Assembly: GCA_963781705.1 (NCBI GenBank)
Contig: CAWAGP010000010.1
Span: forward strand, 997,427-1,061,426
Source of the DNA: an uncultured Chloroflexia bacterium
GTDB lineage: Bacteria; Chloroflexota; Limnocylindria; Limnocylindrales; CSP1-4
Direction of reading: 5' to 3'
DNA: 64,000 bases
Part shown: positions 58,493 through 64,000 of the stretch, one piece after another
Layout: every line of letters begins with the position of its first letter
Position numbering within the stretch: the stretch's first letter is position 1
Notes under the pieces: generated by a model
What the model was told of the DNA's origin: nothing
The model's database searches: none
The model's input: only the letters and a program-made list of their open reading frames with translations
Translations under genes and position numbers: made by a program

Positions 58493-58911
58493 CAGTCACC
58501 CAGAACAAGGACCTCGTGCGCCTCTTCGTGCAGCAGGTCTTCGAGGAACGCCGGCCGGCTGCGGTCGACCAGTTGGTCGCCGCCGACTTTGTCTCGCATA
58601 CCTGGCCCGCCGCCGGCGGTGACAGCCGCGCCTACCTGCGCCAGGCGGCCGAGCGCATGAGCAAGATGCCCGGCAAGGTGATCTTCACCGTTGAGGACCT
58701 GATCGCGGAGGGCGACCAGGTCGTGGCCCGCCTGCGCGTCACGGCAGCGATGGGCGACAAGGGCTACGAGATCGGTGAGATCCACATCTTTCGCGTTCGC
58801 AACGGACTGATCGTGGAGCACTGGCACCAGTACGACGGGCTGGGCATGCAGCGGCAGCTCAATCCGATCGCTCGCCCTACCAGGCGTCGCCGGGACGCCA
58901 CGCGCAACTGA
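58489..58911 (+). CDS. SnoaL-like / ester-cyclase (NTF2 fold) protein
   Basis: MTVTQNKDLVRLFVQQVFEERRPAAVDQLVAADFVSHTWP...IAEGDQVVARLRVTA...IFRVRNGLIVEHWH. ATG overlaps the upstream stop. Confidence 0.7.
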   Translation: MTVTQNKDLVRLFVQQVFEERRPAAVDQLVAADFVSHTWPAAGGDSRAYLRQAAERMSKMPGKVIFTVEDLIAEGDQVVARLRVTAAMGDKGYEIGEIHIFRVRNGLIVEHWHQYDGLGMQRQLNPIARPTRRRRDATRN

Positions 58912-59389
58912 TTGGCGCGGTCAGGTCCACGGCACGGGAGGACGGCACCAGCAGCACCATGACGTAGCCGTCCTCGTCGGCTGAACGTTCCGGCCCGTGG
59001 TCCGTACGCACGTACGTCGGTCCACGCCAGACCTGCCAACCCAGCCGCTCGTAGAAGCCCTGGCTGCCGGTGCCCAGCGCGCCCATTTCGAAATGCTCGC
59101 CGACGTACGCGTCGACCTGGCGCATGACGGTGCTGCCGTAGCCGCGTCCCTGCAGAGCGGGCGCGGTCGCCACAGCCTCGACGTAGCCTGTCCGTAGCGG
59201 CTGATCGGCCACGTGCAGCTCGCGCTCGACCACGCTGGCGTGGCTGACGATCGTGCCACCCAGGTCGAGCACAAAGTGCATGCCGCCAATGGAGTGTCGC
59301 CAATCCTCTTCGGTGAAGTCACCGTGCTCGTCGCCGGCAAAGGCGGCGTACAGCAGCTCCTTGATGGCCGCCGTCTCGGCGGCCGTCAA
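58877..59389 (-). CDS. aac(2'): Aminoglycoside 2'-N-acetyltransferase AAC(2')-like GNAT
   Basis: FTEEDWRHSIGGMHFVL...YVEAVATAPALQGRGYGSTVM...C-terminal SCAWRPGDAW, collinear with AAC(2')-I signatures (TETDWEHTLGGMHALI ... CDWRAGDVW). Confidence 0.75.
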   Translation of the reverse strand: MTAAETAAIKELLYAAFAGDEHGDFTEEDWRHSIGGMHFVLDLGGTIVSHASVVERELHVADQPLRTGYVEAVATAPALQGRGYGSTVMRQVDAYVGEHFEMGALGTGSQGFYERLGWQVWRGPTYVRTDHGPERSADEDGYVMVLLVPSSRAVDLTAPISCAWRPGDAW

Positions 59390-59465
59390 CTCCGCCGTGG
59401 GTAGCTGCCGAACGCGAGACGTCGGGTACGGCTGGCGTCATGTCGCCACGCACCATACTTGGCGC

Positions 59466-60575
59466 GTGGGTGATCGGCCTCGTCTGCTGGCGATCATCGG
59501 CTCAGGCGAGATGGCGCCGCGCATGGGCCAGGTCCATCGCGAGATCGTTCGCCGTCTGGCGGCTGACCGCACGGCCGTCCGGCAGACGATCCGCGCCGCG
59601 ATCATCGACACGCCGTACGGCTTCCAACCCAACGCCGACGCATTGAGCGCCGACCAGCTCGACTACTTCGGCCGACGGCTGGGCATGACGGCGTCGATCG
59701 CATCCTTCCGACGCTCAGATGACGATGTTCTCGCTCGCGAGGCCGCGTTTGCGCACATCCGCAGTGCAGACTTCGTATTCAGCGGTCCGGGCAGCCCAAC
59801 CTACGCGCTGCGGCAGTGGTCGGGAACTCTGGTTCCGCGGCTGATGGTTGACAAGTTGCGCAACGGGGGCGCGCTGGTCGCCGCCAGCGCTGCGGCCCTG
59901 ACGTTGGGGCGCCTGACCGTGCCGGTCTATGAGATCTACAAGTCGGGCGCGGACCCGTCCTGGGCCGATGGGCTGGACGTGCTCTCGACGATCGGACTCA
60001 ACGTGGCCGTGATTCCGCACTGGGACAACGCCGAGGGAGGCGGGCACGACACGCGTTACTGCTGGCTGGGTGAACGGCGTCTCAGGAGCCTCGAGGAACA
60101 GATGCCGCCAGACACTTTCATCCTGGGCGTGGACGAGCACACGGCCCTGCTGGTGGACCTCAATGCGGATCGGGCGAGCGTGCGCGGTCGCGGCCGCGTC
60201 ACCGCCAGGTACCGTGGAAAGGAACTGACTTTCGCGGCGGGGGAGGAAGTCACGCTCGATCAGCTGCGGCAGGTAGCCGATGCACCAGCCCCGGGGGCCG
60301 GCCTCGCGGCGGCTCCCGCCCTCGTGGCGCCCGAAGCGCCGCTGGTCGAGCAACTTCTCGCCGCGCAACGAGACGCAAGTACGGCTGACGCGCGCGCCGC
60401 CCTGGTCGAACCGCTGGTCGAGGTCCTGCTCGGCATCCGCGCGACGGCACGGGCAAGCGGAGACTACGCGACCGCCGATGCGATCCGTGACCGCCTGCTG
60501 GGCCTCGGCCTCGAGCTCAGGGACTCTGCCGGCAGTCCCACAACCTTCCGACTACCGCCGACCGACCGAAGCTGA
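59466..60575 (+). CDS. Hypothetical two-domain protein: N-terminal peptidase-S51/class-I-glutamine-amidotransferase-like domain plus C-terminal helical segment resembling the CysRS/MshC C-terminal tail
   Basis: LLAIIGSGEMAP...FVFSGPGSPTYALRQW...ALVAASAAALTLG... and C-terminal RASGDYATADAIRDRLLGLGLELRDSAGSPTTFRLP versus CysRS ...[31 protein letters not shown]. GTG start in frame; the ORF track begins at 59253. Confidence 0.55.
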   Translation: MGDRPRLLAIIGSGEMAPRMGQVHREIVRRLAADRTAVRQTIRAAIIDTPYGFQPNADALSADQLDYFGRRLGMTASIASFRRSDDDVLAREAAFAHIRSADFVFSGPGSPTYALRQWSGTLVPRLMVDKLRNGGALVAASAAALTLGRLTVPVYEIYKSGADPSWADGLDVLSTIGLNVAVIPHWDNAEGGGHDTRYCWLGERRLRSLEEQMPPDTFILGVDEHTALLVDLNADRASVRGRGRVTARYRGKELTFAAGEEVTLDQLRQVADAPAPGAGLAAAPALVAPEAPLVEQLLAAQRDASTADARAALVEPLVEVLLGIRATARASGDYATADAIRDRLLGLGLELRDSAGSPTTFRLPPTDRS

Positions 60576-60597
60576 CGCACCGCGCGACTCGTTCGGT

Positions 60598-60957
60598 CTA
60601 TGCAGACATCTCGGCGATGCGCATCCGCACGATGCGCGTGACAAGGTCGTCGGGCAGCGGCCGTTCGGTCGTGAAGCGCAGCGTCGCGCGGCCGCTCAGA
60701 AACGGCTTCAGCTCATCATGCAGCGCGTCCATGACTGCGTAGCTTGCCGGGTAGAGACTGCAGTGGCCGCCGAACGCGGCGTAGTAGACCAGCCGCCGGC
60801 CGCCGTACCTGAACGCCGGCATGCGGTAGCTGATGAGCTCGTCGGCGTCCGGCGCGGCGGCGGCGATCGTCGTCCGCAGATGGTCGAGCAGGGCTCGTTG
60901 CTCCGGTGCCAGAGCAGCCAGGTATGCCGCGACACCCGGATCGGCGCTGTCGGCCAT
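60598..60957 (-). CDS. DUF1801 (YdhG-like) domain protein
   Basis: MADSADPGVAAYLAALAPEQRALLDHLRTTIAAAAPDADELISYRMPAFRYGGRRLVYYAAFGGHCSLYP. Confidence 0.75.
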   Translation of the reverse strand: MADSADPGVAAYLAALAPEQRALLDHLRTTIAAAAPDADELISYRMPAFRYGGRRLVYYAAFGGHCSLYPASYAVMDALHDELKPFLSGRATLRFTTERPLPDDLVTRIVRMRIAEMSA

Positions 60958-60958
60958 C

Positions 60959-61904
60959 TCAGCCACCGATCAGGCGCAGCGTCTCGCCGACGCGCTCGAT
61001 CGCCTGCGGCGTGCGCACCACGGTGTTGCTGAAGGTGAAGCCGACGAAGCCTGCGTCGAGATACGGCCGCAGGCCATCGGCGCACTTCGCGGGTGGGCCA
61101 ACGATCATGTGTTGGCGGCGCTCCTCCGGTATCAGCTGCGAGATAGTCGTCAGCCTCGTGCTCGTCGCCGACCACGACCACCGGCGCGTTCATCGCCCGC
61201 TCGATCTCGGACGGGTCGCGACCGATCTCCGCGCAGTAGCCGAACAGGATTTCCGTCTTGTGCTTGAGCCCCGCCACACCTTCTGACGCGAACCAATGGG
61301 TGATGTCGGCGAAGCGCGCCGCGATGCGCAGGGTGCGCTGTTCGCCACCACCACCGACCATGATCGGCGGGCCGCCTGGCTGGATGGGGCGCGGATAGTT
61401 GAACGCCTCCTGGGCACGGTAGTAGTGACCGTCGAAGGTGGTCTGGTCCTGGGTGAACATGCCCTTGATTATGGTCAGCGCCTCGGTCAGCCGATCCATC
61501 CGCTCGCGCACGGACGGAAAGTCGTAGCCATAGCCCACGTGCTCCTGCTCGTTCCACGCCGCGCCGATGCCGAGCATCGCCCGGCCGGCGGAGATGACGT
61601 CGAGCGTCGTGGCCAGCTTGGCCAGCAGCGCCGGGTTGCGATATGTCACGCCGGTCACTTGGGTACCAAGCCGCACGCGCGACGTCTCGCGCGCGAGCGC
61701 GTCGAGCACGGACCAGCCCTCGAGCATGGCCGCGTCGGCCGGCCCCACGCCCTGGATCTGGTACAGGTGATCCATCACCGTCACCTGGCGAAAACCGGCC
61801 TCCTCCGCCGCTTTGGCCTGCTCGACGACGCGCTCGAAGAGCTGCTCAGGTGGCGTGTCGGGGAAGGTGTAGCTGGGCATGTGGAATCCGAACCATGGCT
61901 TCAT
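60959..61904 (-). CDS. LLM-class F420-dependent oxidoreductase (luciferase-like monooxygenase family); one frameshift at about 61100-61130.
   Basis: MKPWFGFHMPSYTFPDTPPEQLFERVVEQAKAAEEAGFRQVTVMDHLYQIQGVGP...LGTQVTGVTYRNPALLAKLATTLDVISAGRAMLGIGAAWNEQEH...PIMVGGGGEQRTLRIAARFADI. The C-terminus ...ISQLIPEERRQHMIVGPPAKCADGLRPYLDAGFVGFTFSNTVVRTPQAIERVGETLRLIGG is in an adjacent frame. Confidence 0.8.
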
Positions 61905-61939
61905 GGTCCGGATCCTACGCGCCGAGGCGACGGTGCTCG

Positions 61940-62954
61940 CTAGGCGTATGTGTCGGGGGCTGCCACCTTGCCGACGAAGCGGCGGTACACGAACGCCGTG
62001 TAGGCAAGCACGATCGGCACGCCGATCAGCGCGACGATGAGCATTACCGAGAGCGACAGGTCGGACGATGAGGCATTGCTGACGGTCAGGTCGGCACCGG
62101 CGATGCGATCGGGCACCAGCGCCGGGTAGAGCGCCTGGCCGACGATGGCGATCAGGGCGGCGATGCTCAATGACGAGCCCAGGATGGGGCCGCGCTCCGA
62201 CGAGCCCCACAGCGCACGCCCGGTCAGGCCCAGCGCGATGACGAAGAGGATTGGCGCGATCCACGCCAGCGGCTGGCCGTAGTTCGCCCACAGATCGGGC
62301 GCATCGATGGTCGAGAAGACGGTGACCGCCACCCACAGACACGGCGAAGGCAGCCCAGGCCGTCCGGCCGACTGTCCGGGCGCGGCGCTGCAGCTCGCCT
62401 TCCGTGCGCAGGACCAGCCACGCCGAACCCTGCATCAGGAACATGGCCAGGCCGGTCAGGCCGACGGCGAGGCTGAAGGGATTGAGCAGGCCCAGCAGGC
62501 CGTCGTGGTACGCGCCGTCGACGAGCGGCAGGCCGCGGAGTACGTTGCCCAGCGCCACGCCGAGCAGCAGCGCCGGCAGGAACGACCCCAGGAAGAAGGC
62601 GCCGTCCCAGAAGCGCAACCAGCGCGGGTCGGTCAGCTGGTGACGAAACTCCATCGCCACCGCACGCAGGATCAACCCCAGCAGGAGCAGCATCAGCGCG
62701 AGGTAGAAGCCGGAGAAGACGGTCGAGTAGACGATCGGGAAGGCCGCGAACAACGCGCCGCCCAGGGTCAGCAGCCACACCTCGTTGCCGTCCCAGACCG
62801 GGCCGATGCTCTCCATCAGCGTGGCGCGGTCGGCCGACGAACGGCCCAGGAACGGGCTCAGCACGCCGACGCCCAGGTCGAAGCCGTCGAGCACGGCGTA
62901 ACCGACGAGCAGGACGCCGATCAGCAGGAACCAGATCGTGGCCAGGTCGATCAC
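61940..62954 (-). CDS. cydB: Cytochrome bd ubiquinol oxidase subunit II; one frameshift near 62330-62345.
   Basis: MIDLATIWFLLIGVLLVGYAVLDGFDLGVGVL... (big ORF 60708..62954 N-terminal part). C-terminal part AVTVFSTIDAPDLWANYGQ...LIGVPIVLAYTAFVYRRFVGKV is in ORF 61940..62332. Confidence 0.85.
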
Positions 62955-64000
62955 GAGAGCACCTCCGCGGGTGTGGGCCGGCCGTGTTCGGGCAGTGGCC
63001 GTGGTGGCGACTCAGCCACGGCACCCGCGGGCGGCGGTTCGGGTCCCGCCATCAGCACGCGGCGAACAAGGAACAGCCACAGCGCAAAGAGGGCGACGTA
63101 CACGCCGATGAAGCCGAGGAGCGAAACGAGCACCTCCGGTGTGGTGACGAGCGGCGAGACGCCGTCGGCCGTCTTCATCACGCCGTAGACGATCCACGGC
63201 TGGCGGCCGATCTCGGCCGTGGCCCAGCCCAGCTCGACGGCGATCAGCGGCGCCGGGGTCAACGATCACCGCTATCCACAGCCACGAGCGCCACGTCTCG
63301 AGGCGGCCGCGCACCCAGGCAAGCAGGCCGAGCAGCATGGCCAGCAGCATCAGCGTGCCCAGCACGACCATAGTTGTGGTAGCTCAGGAAGGACATCGCC
63401 CACCGGGGGCCACTGGTCCTGCGGGAACGAGTCTGAGGCCCTGCACTGGTGGCGTTGGAGTCGCCGTGGGTCAGCCAGGCTGAGCAGGCTGGTGATGGCA
63501 ATGCTCGGCGCGGTCGCCGCGCCCTCCTGGCTGGGCGGCAACGCGAAGATGATCATCGGCGCGCCCTGGGTCGTCTCGAACAGCCCTGCATGGCGGCGAA
63601 CTTGACCGGCTGCGTGTTCGCCACCTGGCGCGAGTGCCAGTCGCCGGTCAGGAACATGCCGACCGACGCGACGAGCGCGACCACCAGGCCCAGGCGGATG
63701 CTGCGCCGGGCGACGTCGTAGTGGCGGTGCTTGAGCAGATACCACGCGCCGACGCCGACCATCAGCGAAGGACGCGACCGCCCACGCGGAGATGATCGTG
63801 TGCGTAAAGCGGGGCATGGTGGAGGGGTTGAAGACGGCGGCCATGAAGTCGGTCAGCACGGCCTTGTCACCCTGGACCTCGTAACCGGCCGGGGTCTGCA
63901 TCCAGGAGTTGGCGACGATGATCCAGAAGCCGGACATGATCGCGCCGAACGCCACCAGCACCGCCGACGCGGCGCGCAGGCCCGAGCCCATGCGCTTGCG
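62951..64000 (-). CDS. cydA: Cytochrome bd ubiquinol oxidase subunit I (3' two-thirds in window, N-terminus beyond window end); fragmented over at least 4 frames.
   Basis: CydA pieces in separate minus-strand ORFs: 63350..63991 (FGAIMSGFWIIVANSWMQTPAGYEV...), 63553..63762 (GAWYLLKHRHYDVARRSIRLGLVVALV...TGDWHSRQVANTQPVKFAAMQG), 63012..63371 (VVLGTLMLLAMLLGLLAWVRGRL), 62951..63262 (EIGRQPWIVYGVMKTADGVSPLV...). Confidence 0.8.

Noticed and set aside
60708-62954. 748-aa minus-strand ORF as a single giant protein
   Set aside because: It is a composite: cydB N-terminal part, then an out-of-frame stretch, then the LLM F420 oxidoreductase, then its out-of-frame tail. It is created by high GC (few stops) plus frameshifts, so three separate genes were annotated.
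1-64000. CRISPR arrays, tRNA/rRNA genes, transposases, integrases, phage genes
   Set aside because: Scanned for regularly spaced repeats, tRNA T-arm/acceptor signatures and IS/integrase protein motifs in the ORF set. None found. The only repeats are the 300-bp pair, a 15-bp tandem duplication and the nusA 21-bp coding repeats.

Overview
High-GC (~70%) bacterial chromosomal window, almost certainly Actinobacteria-like. Gene order is a compressed version of the conserved actinobacterial backbone: ffh-rpsP-rimM-trmD-rplS-rnhB-yraN, rpsB-tsf-pyrH-frr-uppS-cdsA-dxr-rseP-ispG, proS, nusA-ylxR-infB-rbfA-nrnA(cnpB-like)-truB-ribF-rpsO-pnp, rnj-ftsK, cinA. AAC(2'), an F420-type LLM oxidoreductase and cydAB are also consistent with Actinobacteria. 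About 60 CDS were called. No tRNA, rRNA, CRISPR array, transposase or prophage gene was recognised. Most striking observation: the pnp gene (PNPase) carries an in-frame insertion of about 160 aa that is a complete DnaQ-like DEDDh 3'-5' exonuclease domain. All Exo I, II and III catalytic motifs are present, and the insert sits inside the all-alpha linker domain. I do not know this architecture from described PNPases. Second: a GH94 cellobiose-phosphorylase gene plus an ABC sugar-permease C-terminal remnant lies between two diverged ~300-bp direct repeats. One copy abuts the proS stop and carries a degenerate copy of the proS 3' end. This suggests an old recombinational gene capture. Third: many conserved genes have apparent frameshifts at short G/C runs: ffh, cdsA about 5 times, dxr, cydA/cydB several times, LLM, TPM gene, MFS, DUF3352 gene. 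Long neighbouring genes are intact: pnp, ftsK, infB, GH94, ABC pair, rseP, ispG, proS. This most likely reflects local assembly or sequencing indels, but clustered pseudogenisation cannot be excluded from sequence alone. All coordinates derived by hand may be off by 1-3 nt. ORF-track coordinates were used wherever possible.
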